Part shown: positions 19,111-29,900 of the stretch, one piece after another
Layout of the letters: each line of letters starts with the position of its first letter
Position numbering within the stretch: position 1 is the first letter of the stretch
Source: a virus
Taxonomy: Duplodnaviria > Caudoviricetes
Strand: one strand, 5' to 3'
Virus record (IMG/VR): IMGVR_UViG_3300043775_000604
Span: 1-61,529 of that record
Length of the DNA: 61,529 bases
Position numbers and translations under genes: made by a program
Notes under the pieces: model-generated
The model's database searches: none
Told to the model about the DNA's origin: nothing
What the model saw: only the letters and a program-made list of their open reading frames with translations

Positions 19111-22100
19111 ATGGCAGAAATTAAAAATAATTTTACTGGAGGAAAAATGAATAAAGATCTCGATGACAGGTTAGTTCCTGAAAACGAGTATCGAAATGCT
19201 GTAAATTTGCAAATAAGTAAATCGGAAAATTCAGATGTAGGTACGATGCAAACCGTACTAGGCAATAGTTTATTGGTTGATTTCAATGAGTTGGCCGATG
19301 AGGAAGACTTAGATTGTATTGGGCAATTTATAGATCTATCTAATAACGTTGGCTACTTTTTCTTAACAGATTATATCGATACTACAGGAACAAATCTATA
19401 TTCTCCAACTGCCAAGAATTATATATATACTTATAATTTTGGAACTAATATTGCGACTAAATTAGTGTCTGGAGCTTTCCTAAACTTTTCAGTAACAAGT
19501 CCTATAATCGGTGTAAATTTATTAGAGAATTTATTATTCTGGACCGACAATAGAAACCAGCCAAGAAAGATAAATGTAGACACGGCTTTTAGTACCCCAA
19601 ATTATTATATAACTGAAGACACTATATCTGTTGCAAAATATTATCCATATAAAGCAATAGAACTTTGGCAAGAAAGCGAAGAAGCTCCTGGAAGTTATGA
19701 AACAACAATGAAAGATGTTTCCTCATTATATTATCCAAATGGAGGTGAATGTTTTACAGCTGAAGCAACTACTGCGGATGCCACTTTCTTAGTTAAAGGT
19801 ATAACAGGTATTATTACGCAAGGTGTAGATGTTGGATATATTGGAAGCGACGGGGGGATTGTTCCACTAGGGTTAACAGTTGATAGTTATGATGACTCCG
19901 GTCCATCAATTACTTTATCGGGACCAATAACTTTACCAGACGAAACATCGTTGGTATTTTCAATTAACCCTTATTATGACCCTGCATTCCCTGGCGATCC
20001 TGATTATTTAAAAGATAAATTTGTAAGATTTTCTTATAGATTTAGGTTTGATGACGGAGAATATTCTTTAATGGCTCCGTTTACTCAAATAGCATTTATA
20101 CCACAACAAGACGGTTACTTTACATATAATTCTGATTTTAATGTTAATGATGAGGAAGCAACATACAGAAGTACTGTTGTTGCTTTTATGCAAAATAAGG
20201 TAACACAAATAAAATTAGTAATACCTCTACCTATCGGTAAAGCGCTGCTTAAAGGAGATTTGAAGATTACTGAGTTAGACATTCTGTATAAAGAGTCCGA
20301 TAGCCTAGCGGTTAAGGTTTTAGATACTATAACAATAGAAGAGATAGAGGATCAAGTTGAAGGAGGAGAGGATTATTTCTTATATAATTACAATTCTAGA
20401 AAACCATATAAAACATTACCCACAACGGAAGTTACTAGAGTATATGATATAGTGCCTGTAAGAGCTCTTGCTCAAGAAGTAGTGAGTAATAGAATTGTTT
20501 ATGGTAATTATCAAGATAAACATACTCCATTGCCTTCTAATGTTAGTTTGAATTACAATGTAGCTGTGTCCACAAAGTACGACTTTGATACTGTTAATGG
20601 TTTTACAAGCTCAATCGAATACCCCAATCATAGTTTAAAAGGAAACAGAAGTTATCAAGTAGGGGTTGTGCTAGCAGATAAATTTGGTAGACAATCAACT
20701 GTATTGTTGTCAAGAAATACAAGTTCTGTAGTTACTGAGGGACAAGCTTTTTCTGGATCTACAGTATATGCAGGATATATAAATAGTACGATTGATCAGA
20801 TGAGTTGGCCTGGAAGTTCTTTAAAACTTATATTTAATGATCTTATACCGCCTGATAGACAAGTATCAACAGCTTATCCGGGTGTATATAATGGTGATCC
20901 AGAAGTGCCTGAATATAATCCGCTAGGTTGGTATTCTTATAAGATAGTTGTAAAACAAACAGAACAAGATTATTACAATGTGTACCTGCCCGGAGTGATG
21001 GCCGCATATCCTGACGATGCTGAAAAAGAAATAGGCAAAACATCCCATGTTGTATTAATAAATGATAACATAAATAAAGTGCCGCGAGATTTATCGGAGG
21101 TTGGTCCATTACAAAAGCAATTCAGGAGCAGTGTTAAGCTGTACAATAGAGTTAACACATTGGACAGACCGTTTGGACCGTATGCGGGGAATATACAGTA
21201 CTACCCAGGCAGAACAGCAATGATAGTTAGTACAATTGCTGATAACTTAGAGATGTTTAATGGCGATGGGTCTATATCAGGTTATACCCCATCTACTCGC
21301 TTTTATAATGTTGAATCCAATCCATTAATAGGCAGAATATCTACAGTAAAACAGTTTGGAATAACAGCAGATAGACCTATAGACAGATGGTTCAATCTTG
21401 GAGTAGCCGAGACAGCGCCGTCTAATTCGTTATTAGATATATTCTGGGAAACAACTACCGCTGGGTCTGTCGTTGAATTAAACGAAGCAATAGAAGATGG
21501 AGCAGGTGGAGCTGTTCGCTTAAGCGAATGGAATACAAATAGTTTTGATGAAGCTATGACTATAGGAGAAGATGTTGTGAAAGGTACATTACCCGGTAGC
21601 GAAGGATTTGTTTTGGTTAATGCTTTTAATGTAGCTATTAATAATAGTCCAATAATAATTACGGGCATGACAATGACCTCCGTATATACTCTTGGACCTT
21701 ACGGAACAGACGTAACCTCGTATTTCGAATTAGTGCCTGATCCATCGAATCCAATAACATCACCTTACCCAAGATGGTTTATAAGGGTCACTGAAGATTT
21801 TTATAACAATGTATATTTCAGGGGTGGTCCTGAATTTGAATTAAATAATTTTGTATTCAACTTTGTAGCTGTAGTTAGTGGATTAGATAGAATATTATCT
21901 AGAACAATTACGTTAAATAATATCGATCCAATAATATCTGATCTGCCAGTGCCTGGTGAAATAATAGCCAGTAATCCTACGGCCGCAGTACACACAAGTT
22001 TGTCTGGTACAAACGGATGCGGTAATATTGCTTTAGCAAATGATCCTCCTCTTGAATGGTCCCTTCTAAGTGCTAAAAATTTAGGCGGTACTCCTGTTGA

Positions 22101-22599
22101 TTATTTTTCAGTATCAACTGAGATAGCTGGAACTTCAGCAAAGGGTTTCTTAAACAACAATTATTTACCTCTTATAACGCCAATAGGCCCTTTTGAAATA
22201 ACTATGAGGTTAACCGATGCTGGCGGAGCTGGTGATGCAGCTGATGCAACCTTTCTACTTAGATTAGGATTTGTACCAGGGCCAGATCGAGTTACAGAGT
22301 ATTCTTTCACTTCTGGTGGTGTTCAAAAGTATTTTGTGGTAATACAAGTGCCTTCTGATAGTGACCCGTATGTTCCTGGATATTATTCATATATAGGTAG
22401 CTGGAATGATTTGAGAAGTGGAACTAGTGTTATTCTTATACCGAGCACTGGATATGCTTGCGCTCCGGGGGGATGGCTATATAGTAGCGATATTGATGTA
22501 ATAAAAGATGACTCAGTATCATGTATTGATAACTCGTATACCGGTTTACTAACAGAACGTTTTCCGGGAACATCAGGATATACATTCTCTTTCTCTTAA
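19111..22599 (+). CDS. Tail stabilisation (muzzle/nozzle-like) protein, N-terminal part with appended beta-rich domains
   Basis: FTGGKMNKDLDDRLVP..YRNAVN start, LFWTDNRNQPRKIN, RFSYRFRFDDGEYS, YQVGVVLADKFGR. Confidence 0.75.
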   Translation: MAEIKNNFTGGKMNKDLDDRLVPENEYRNAVNLQISKSENSDVGTMQTVLGNSLLVDFNELADEEDLDCIGQFIDLSNNVGYFFLTDYIDTTGTNLYSPTAKNYIYTYNFGTNIATKLVSGAFLNFSVTSPIIGVNLLENLLFWTDNRNQPRKINVDTAFSTPNYYITEDTISVAKYYPYKAIELWQESEEAPGSYETTMKDVSSLYYPNGGECFTAEATTADATFLVKGITGIITQGVDVGYIGSDGGIVPLGLTVDSYDDSGPSITLSGPITLPDETSLVFSINPYYDPAFPGDPDYLKDKFVRFSYRFRFDDGEYSLMAPFTQIAFIPQQDGYFTYNSDFNVNDEEATYRSTVVAFMQNKVTQIKLVIPLPIGKALLKGDLKITELDILYKESDSLAVKVLDTITIEEIEDQVEGGEDYFLYNYNSRKPYKTLPTTEVTRVYDIVPVRALAQEVVSNRIVYGNYQDKHTPLPSNVSLNYNVAVSTKYDFDTVNGFTSSIEYPNHSLKGNRSYQVGVVLADKFGRQSTVLLSRNTSSVVTEGQAFSGSTVYAGYINSTIDQMSWPGSSLKLIFNDLIPPDRQVSTAYPGVYNGDPEVPEYNPLGWYSYKIVVKQTEQDYYNVYLPGVMAAYPDDAEKEIGKTSHVVLINDNINKVPRDLSEVGPLQKQFRSSVKLYNRVNTLDRPFGPYAGNIQYYPGRTAMIVSTIADNLEMFNGDGSISGYTPSTRFYNVESNPLIGRISTVKQFGITADRPIDRWFNLGVAETAPSNSLLDIFWETTTAGSVVELNEAIEDGAGGAVRLSEWNTNSFDEAMTIGEDVVKGTLPGSEGFVLVNAFNVAINNSPIIITGMTMTSVYTLGPYGTDVTSYFELVPDPSNPITSPYPRWFIRVTEDFYNNVYFRGGPEFELNNFVFNFVAVVSGLDRILSRTITLNNIDPIISDLPVPGEIIASNPTAAVHTSLSGTNGCGNIALANDPPLEWSLLSAKNLGGTPVDYFSVSTEIAGTSAKGFLNNNYLPLITPIGPFEITMRLTDAGGAGDAADATFLLRLGFVPGPDRVTEYSFTSGGVQKYFVVIQVPSDSDPYVPGYYSYIGSWNDLRSGTSVILIPSTGYACAPGGWLYSSDIDVIKDDSVSCIDNSYTGLLTERFPGTSGYTFSFS

Positions 22600-22639
22600 T
22601 AATAGGTAATTTATATAAAAATCAAGTAATAATAACTAT

Positions 22640-24082
22640 ATGGGAGCAATAATAGAGGTAAAATATTTCAATACTTTTTTACTAAAGAAAACTACAAATT
22701 CAGATTATGAAGGAGAATGGAATGGTTCTCTTGGTATTCCTGAAAGTTTAGGTGGTTACCCAGGCCCAGTAACTCCTTTCACACAAGAAGACTATAACTG
22801 GGTAATTGAGGAAGCTAGAATAACGGGGGGATATAACAATACCTCCGTTGATTTTGGAGTAAGGGCTTATTTAGTAGAAGAAGAACCTAATGCAAGCGTT
22901 AGAGGTAACTCTTTAATATATTCTGGTATATTTAATTCTAGAACAGGTGTAAACAATACAAATGTATTTTCTATAGGAGATGAGATAACTAGAAGTCTGG
23001 ATCCGGCGAGTGGATCAATTCAAAAGTTATATGCAGAAGATACCAACTTAATAATCTTTCAAGAGAATAAAGTAAGTAGATCTTTAATAGAAAAAGACGC
23101 TATATATTCAGCCGAAGGAGGAGGTGCAGTTACTTCGTCAAATGTTGTAATTGGACAAAATATTCCTTATGCTGGTAATTATGGAATAAGTAAAGATCCA
23201 CTTAGTTTTGCAGCATATGGTTATAGAAAATACTTTACAGATAGATATAGAAATAGTGTTTTAAGATTGTCTCAAGACGGAATTACAGAAATATCAGAAT
23301 ATGGTATGACAGATTTCTTTAGAGATACATTTACTAACATAAGTTCAGCTAATTACGGTCAAGGTAATATAATAGGCAGCTGGGATGCTTATAATAAGCA
23401 ATACATGGTTTCGTTACAAACAAGCGAAGCTAATCCAACCCAGTCTTATGCGACATTGAATTTTGATGATACAATAAACGGATTCACTAGTTTCTTTTCT
23501 TTTAAGCCAACTAGAATGTTCAGTGTTAGAAGCAGTTTCTATTCAATAAAGGATGGTGCGTTGTGGGAGCATTACGCTAAAAATGCATCTGCAGGAACTT
23601 TTTATGGTACGCAAACAAAATCATCGATCACATTGATATTCAATAAAGATGTTGGTATAAGTAAAAACTTTAAGACTGTAAACTACGAAGGTGATAATGG
23701 TTGGCAAGTAGATAGCTTTATAGGTGATGTGCAAAAATATGATTTTGGAAGTGTCTTCTACAACTTTGGAACAAGCAATGATACGACCGCACAGATACCA
23801 AGTTATATTGGTGGAGCATATGACGCGACCGGAGCTACATACCCTACACTTTTAACTCCTCCTATATATAGATATGGGTTTGAAAGAAAAGAGAACAAAT
23901 ACTATGCTAACCTAGTTAACAATAGTGCTCCATTTAGCGGAGAGGTTTTGTTTGGAGAACAGATGTCGGGTATAAAAGGGAGATTCGCAACAGTTACTTT
24001 ATCTACTGATAATATTACAGATGTGAATGGTCTTAAGGAATTATGGAGTGTTGGTACACAATATGTGATGTCAAGCTATTAA
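22640..24082 (+). CDS. Tail stabilisation protein, C-terminal-like part
   Basis: GSIQKLYAEDTNLIIFQENKV, YGISKDPLSFA, LRLSQDGITEIS, KNFKTVNYEG. Confidence 0.7.
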   Translation: MGAIIEVKYFNTFLLKKTTNSDYEGEWNGSLGIPESLGGYPGPVTPFTQEDYNWVIEEARITGGYNNTSVDFGVRAYLVEEEPNASVRGNSLIYSGIFNSRTGVNNTNVFSIGDEITRSLDPASGSIQKLYAEDTNLIIFQENKVSRSLIEKDAIYSAEGGGAVTSSNVVIGQNIPYAGNYGISKDPLSFAAYGYRKYFTDRYRNSVLRLSQDGITEISEYGMTDFFRDTFTNISSANYGQGNIIGSWDAYNKQYMVSLQTSEANPTQSYATLNFDDTINGFTSFFSFKPTRMFSVRSSFYSIKDGALWEHYAKNASAGTFYGTQTKSSITLIFNKDVGISKNFKTVNYEGDNGWQVDSFIGDVQKYDFGSVFYNFGTSNDTTAQIPSYIGGAYDATGATYPTLLTPPIYRYGFERKENKYYANLVNNSAPFSGEVLFGEQMSGIKGRFATVTLSTDNITDVNGLKELWSVGTQYVMSSY

Positions 24083-24086
24083 ATAT

Positions 24087-24560
24087 ATGGAAAATAAAAT
24101 TCAATTAAATCAAGAGCATCGGTTAATAAATACCGAGTTCATCAATAAGGTAGAACAGTTAGAATCCTCTATGCTGGCAATGGATAGCCCATTAATAGCA
24201 AAGGGGAATTCTGATATGTTTCCATTAAAGCATTCATTTTCTGAAGGAGTTTACATTAGAGAAATGTTTATGCAAAAAGACGGATTTGTAATTGGTAAAC
24301 TTTATAAAATATCACATACATGGTTTTTATTAAAAGGAGAGATTACAGTGGCTACTGACGAAGGAGTGAGTAATTATATTGCTCCTTGTTATGTACATGC
24401 TCCTGAAGGAACAAAAAGGGTTATACACGCTATAGAAGATACTATATTTGTAAATGTATATCCAAACCCTGACAATATAACAGACATTGAAACATTGGAG
24501 AACATGTTAACATGTAAATCCTACGAAGAATATAAAGAATATAAACTTTTAAACGAATAG
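24087..24560 (+). CDS. Cupin-like protein
   Basis: HSFSEGVYIREMFM...SHTWFLLKG...APCY...GTKRVIHAIEDT. Confidence 0.65.
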   Translation: MENKIQLNQEHRLINTEFINKVEQLESSMLAMDSPLIAKGNSDMFPLKHSFSEGVYIREMFMQKDGFVIGKLYKISHTWFLLKGEITVATDEGVSNYIAPCYVHAPEGTKRVIHAIEDTIFVNVYPNPDNITDIETLENMLTCKSYEEYKEYKLLNE

Positions 24561-24563
24561 AGT

Positions 24564-25475
24564 ATGAGTATGGTAGTAGCAGGAGCTATTGGAGGTGGAG
24601 CTTCCATAGTTACTGGAATTATTGGCATGGGAGGCGCTAAAAAAGCTAGACGTCGAGCAGAAGCGGAGGCTAGAGCGAGAGCAGCTGAACTTGCTAAATT
24701 AGAAAGATCTAGGCAAGCGATTATTAATCCTTATGCTGGTGTTAAAGACGTTAGTTCTATGGCATCAAATCCATTTGCTAGTTTAGGAGTAGCTACTCAA
24801 GCAGCGGAATTCCAAGCTGAGCAAGCGGATATGTCGTTAGCTAATACATTAGACACATTAAAACAAACTGGAGCAAGTGCTGGTGGAGCAACCGCTTTAG
24901 CGCAGGCTGCACTACAAAGTAAGAAAGAGATTTCTGCAAACATAGAACAACAAGAGGCCGCTAATGAAAAACTTAGAGCTCAAGGAGAACAAGAATTACA
25001 ATCTATAAAAATGGCTGAAGCAGCTAGGGTTCAACAAGCGGAAGCTGCTGGTAAGCAATTTATGTTTGAAGCACGTGAATCTCGTGAACAAGGAAAAATT
25101 GATAGAGTTGCCGGCCAACTTGCAGGAGCACAAGCGCAGGCAGCGCAAGCAAGAGCAGATCAAATGGGGGCTTTAACCGGTATGATTGGAGGTATAACTT
25201 CATCTATTGGATCAATGGCTTCAAGTGGTGCATTCAGCAAAGGAGGCACAACCGCTACTTCAGACAGAAGATTAAAAACAGATATAAAGAAAATAGGAGT
25301 TTCCCCAAGCGGTTTAAATATATACTCTTTTAAATATAAAGATGATAAATTTGGTGAAGGAGTTTGGCAAGGAGTTATGGCTGATGAAGTTCCTGCTTTT
25401 GCTGTATCAAATAATAATGATGGTTATAGTCAAGTTGATTACTCTTTAATCGACGTAGAATTCAAACAAATATAA
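24564..25475 (+). CDS. DNA ejection/pilot-like protein with C-terminal peptidase S74 intramolecular chaperone domain
   Basis: Gly/Ala hydrophobic ends around an Ala/Gln coiled coil; SDRRLKTDI...GVMADEV...VDYS. Confidence 0.75.
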   Translation: MSMVVAGAIGGGASIVTGIIGMGGAKKARRRAEAEARARAAELAKLERSRQAIINPYAGVKDVSSMASNPFASLGVATQAAEFQAEQADMSLANTLDTLKQTGASAGGATALAQAALQSKKEISANIEQQEAANEKLRAQGEQELQSIKMAEAARVQQAEAAGKQFMFEARESREQGKIDRVAGQLAGAQAQAAQARADQMGALTGMIGGITSSIGSMASSGAFSKGGTTATSDRRLKTDIKKIGVSPSGLNIYSFKYKDDKFGEGVWQGVMADEVPAFAVSNNNDGYSQVDYSLIDVEFKQI

Positions 25476-25478
25476 TAT

Positions 25479-26894
25479 ATGGGAGCATACAGTAATCCAG
25501 AGATAATAGTCGATACACAAACGGGACAACATTTTAGAAATCTACAAGAGTCAATATCAGGTACGATTGCTAATGTTGCACAAAATTATAGTATTAGGCA
25601 GAAAGAAATACAAAGAAAGTTAGAGGAAAATCAAAAAAAATTAGAAGATATTAATAAAGAGGTAGACGAATACTCTTATGCTTTAAGAGCTTCCGTGGGT
25701 AAATTAAAATCATCCGATGATAAAATAAATATGGCCGAAACATTTGAGCCATTAATACAGCAGGCCGTTACATTAAAGTCAGGATTATTAAATAATACAA
25801 TAACGGGGCAGGATAGACAGAAAGCTATGCAGACATTATCGGATATAAATGCAACTATATCTGGCAACTTTTCCAATAGCTTATCTGAATTATCAGTTTA
25901 TGCGAATGATGTTGATGGAGCTTTAATCAAACCAATTGGCGATCCAGGAGGATTAGCAATAGATATGGACCCTAGTGACGTGAAAGCTTTACGCATAATG
26001 CAAGGTAAATTAGGCGGTACAAAAAAAGCTGTATATAAAGATGCAGATCCAAATAATTTAGTTTGGGAAATATACGACGAAGAAGGGAACCTAGTTAAAG
26101 AATATGCAGCTTCTAAATTAAAGCAAATAGGCGATCTTGGTAATGAGTATGTGAAGATAGTACCAGATAGAACAAAGGATAATGAAAAATTAAAGGCTAA
26201 TAGTAAAACAGTATTTGAAACGAAACCGGTTGATCCAAAAGACCCAAGCAAAGGAGATCAAGCTACGGATAGAATACAAGATGATTTTTTAGAAAAGAAT
26301 CCTGACGGTAGCATTAAAGTTGAGAAGAAATATCTACCTGAGTCAAACGTATTTAAACTGGTAGCAAAACCTGATTTAGCAAAAATAGAAGCATCTATTG
26401 CTACTCAATTAGATGCCCAAATAGCTGGTATGACAGACGAAGAATTAATGTTACATACCAACAATACTGTAAACAAATATAGAAAGCAGGCTGGATTAAA
26501 ACCTATTTATTTTGATTCTGATAGCACGTTAGATAGCCTAGAGAAAGCTGAAGCTATTGCAGCATACAAAAATCATTTCCTAAATACACAGATAAAAAGA
26601 GAACAAGATATTTTAAAAGAGGATTCTAGTGTATTCCTTCAAGAAGATCCTAAACCAGCAAAGCCTAAGGCTGCTAAAACACCTAAAGAGAAAGCTAAGA
26701 AAGTTACTTTTGATGAATTGGCTAAGTTAGTATATGCTCAAGAACCTGGTTCAATAAACGATTTTACTTGGGGTAATAAAAAAGTAAGTTTTGATGGTAC
26801 AGATTTTATGGTAGCTTCCGGTAATAATCAATTCACTACTTTTAAAACTAAAAAAGAAGTTGTGGAATATTTGAAAACAGGTAAAATTAAATAA
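25479..26894 (+). CDS. Putative internal virion / ejection protein
   Basis: 471 aa helical protein between pilot protein and giant protein. Confidence 0.55.
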   Translation: MGAYSNPEIIVDTQTGQHFRNLQESISGTIANVAQNYSIRQKEIQRKLEENQKKLEDINKEVDEYSYALRASVGKLKSSDDKINMAETFEPLIQQAVTLKSGLLNNTITGQDRQKAMQTLSDINATISGNFSNSLSELSVYANDVDGALIKPIGDPGGLAIDMDPSDVKALRIMQGKLGGTKKAVYKDADPNNLVWEIYDEEGNLVKEYAASKLKQIGDLGNEYVKIVPDRTKDNEKLKANSKTVFETKPVDPKDPSKGDQATDRIQDDFLEKNPDGSIKVEKKYLPESNVFKLVAKPDLAKIEASIATQLDAQIAGMTDEELMLHTNNTVNKYRKQAGLKPIYFDSDSTLDSLEKAEAIAAYKNHFLNTQIKREQDILKEDSSVFLQEDPKPAKPKAAKTPKEKAKKVTFDELAKLVYAQEPGSINDFTWGNKKVSFDGTDFMVASGNNQFTTFKTKKEVVEYLKTGKIK

Positions 26895-26910
26895 ACTAAA
26901 ATAAGGATTT

Positions 26911-29900
26911 ATGTTTGAATACATCGATGCCTCTGGGCAAATATATACAGAAGATCAAATCAACAAAATGGCAGCCGAGCAAAAAACCTCGGCTAATGCC
27001 ATTATAAAAGACAAAGGATTAAAAAGAAAATCTTCAATGGTTTCAGCTTCTGCAAAGCCAGCTAAAAAAACATATCCTTGGAGTGATCAAACAAAAGAAA
27101 AAAAATCAGAAGGCGATTTTCTTGGCACATTCAAAAAAGCTCAGAAGAATAAAAAAGCAAATATAAAGAAGAGCACTGAGGAAGTATCAGCATTTGTAGG
27201 TAAACAAAATGATTATTCGTTTTACCAAAAAGATCCTATACAAGACATTTTAAATCCAACTAGCGAATTTGAAAAAGCTATTGCAAATATTCCAATTAAA
27301 AAGGAATTTGAGATACTAGAAGAGAAGGAAGCAGAAGTAATGAATTATATAAAGAGCAAGCCTATTGACTATGCCTCTATTGATAAATTATATGCAGATG
27401 AGGTTAACGATTCTCAAACAATAGATTACATTAGAGAAGGTGCAAAAGGGTTCCTTAATGATGTTATATTAAGCCCAGTATCTATGGTAGGGCAAGTTTT
27501 AGGCGCTGATATAGATATGACTATATCTCCATACAAGCCATTAGAGACACAAAAAAAGAAAGCTATAGATATATTATCAAAGAAAGCTAAAAAAGGCCAG
27601 AAAATAAACGCTGCAGATGTTGATGCGTTAGCTAAGGAGATATTTTATAAAGAGCAAGTATTAATACAAGAGGGCAAAGCTGCGGAAGAATATTGGGATG
27701 ATCAACCTTTATACATCGGAGAAGTAGCTGCACAGAAAGAAAAATTAAAAATAAGAGCAGTACAAGATGTATTGGTATCTTCTGATTTAGCTAGACAACA
27801 AACTATATTAGCTAAAACATATAACAGCCAATTATCTTCATTTGAAAAGTATGCAAATCTTTTTAAAGACAAATATACTAAAGGGGAAGTTACAGAAGAA
27901 GAAATAGCTACTTACGAAACAAGAAGAGAAGATGCTAGAAAGGCTATGGATAACCTTAAAGGTATTGCAGATAATTATCCTGCTTATGTTGATAAAATAA
28001 AAACAGACGAAGAGAAATTAGAGTATTTCAAATATAATTATGATGATGTAACCGCTAATCTATCCAAGTTTATTGGTACTGGTATAAATATATTAGGTGG
28101 AGCTACAAAGTTAATTGGATCTACAATTGAATATGCTGAAGGAGACGAAAAAGGATTAGGTGGATTTTTAGGAGAAGTTGGTACTGCTAATATAGAAATG
28201 GGTAATAAAATAAAAGAAGATGCTAAGAATATATCATTTGATAATGTTAATTCTTTTGGTGACTTTGGTAAATATTTTGCTGGACTAGTTTCAGAACAAT
28301 TACCTATTTATGCAGCAATGTATTTTGGTGGGAATTATGGATTGGCCGCTGTATCAATGGGAGCTGGTGGGCAGAAGATCCAAGAAATGGAAGATGAGAT
28401 TGGTTCTGATTATGATCTTGGTACAAAGCTTTTAGCTGGGTATGGGTTTGCTCTTTCAGAGTTTATACCTGAAAAATTAGGTACACTAAGGATGTTTGAG
28501 AACATGAAGAAAACAATGTCCGCGGTCAGCAAACAGCAAAGACAGCTATTCAAAGATAGCTTTATAAAGTCTAGTCTAAAAACAGCTGGTACTATTGGTT
28601 TTGAAAGTCAAATAGAAGGAGCAACTGAAGTTGTTACCGAAGGATTAAACATGCTTTTAGACGAGCATTTATTAGGCCAGCCAGTTTCTCCAACAGATAG
28701 AGTCAAAAGATTTAAAGAGGCTTATGCTGGAGGCGCATTTATGGGAGGAGGAGCTCAATTTGCAGGTGGTGTATCAACTTTAGTGGCTAAAGAATTAAAG
28801 AACTACGCCACAGATAAAGAGTTAGCTGCTAGTAAAGCAATAATGGAACGTATTGACTTTTTGCAAAATGAATTACAAACTAACCCTAGATTATCTGGAA
28901 AAGAAAGTGAAGAAATAATAACTGAAATAAAAAAGCTCAGTAATGAAGCTGTTAAAGTTATTGAAAATTCAGAAGACAGAGTGTATGACATGTCAAAGGA
29001 AGACATGGTTGATGTTCTACTTATAAACAAACAACAACAAGATCTTAGAGACGCTTACGTTGAATTATCTCAGTCAAACTTTTCGCCAGAGATTAAGAAA
29101 GAAAAAGTAGCAGAATTAAAAAAGCAATTTGGCGAGCTAGAGAATAAAAGAGAATACTTATTAACCGGTAAGTATGCTGAAATAAATAAAATAATAGGTA
29201 ACAGAACTATTATTAATAGCGGAGCCGATAATATAAGAAAAATTGTAGCTTCATTAGGTGAAGAAAATATTGAGAATAGAATAGGTGGTCAAGGATCAAT
29301 CGCTGTATTTGAAGATATCGACTCACTTAAAAAAGCTTACAAAGAATGGTTAACAACCGAAAATAATACTATTAAAAAGAAGATTGCTGATGGCGAACTT
29401 CCTGCTAATACAAAAATAAAATCAGAAGATGAAATAACTAATGATGTAAATGAAGCTGCAAAAAACGATGGATTTGCATTGCCAAATGGTCAATCTGTTA
29501 TTAATCTTAGTGTAGCTTCAAGAACTGGAGCTATTAACGTTGCGCAGCATGAGTTTTTGCATAAAGTATTAGCTAAAGCCCTCAGTAACCCAGTAGAAAG
29601 AAAAAAAATTGTTAATGGGTTTTTAGCTACATTGACGAATAAAGAAAGAGCTGCTGTTCAAAAACGTATTGATGAAAACTATTTAAACCCTGAAACAGGT
29701 AAGATAGACGACGAGAACCTTGAAGAATATTTTACAGCGTTTATTGATGCTATTGCTTACGGAGAAATAGGTAATAGAAATCAAGTTAAAGATGTATTAA
29801 GAAGAGCTGCTCGTCCAGTATTAAAAGTATTACAGAAATTAGGATTCTCTAACGCTAAATTTAGCGAAGGAAGAGATTTCTATGACTTCTTAAAAGAATA

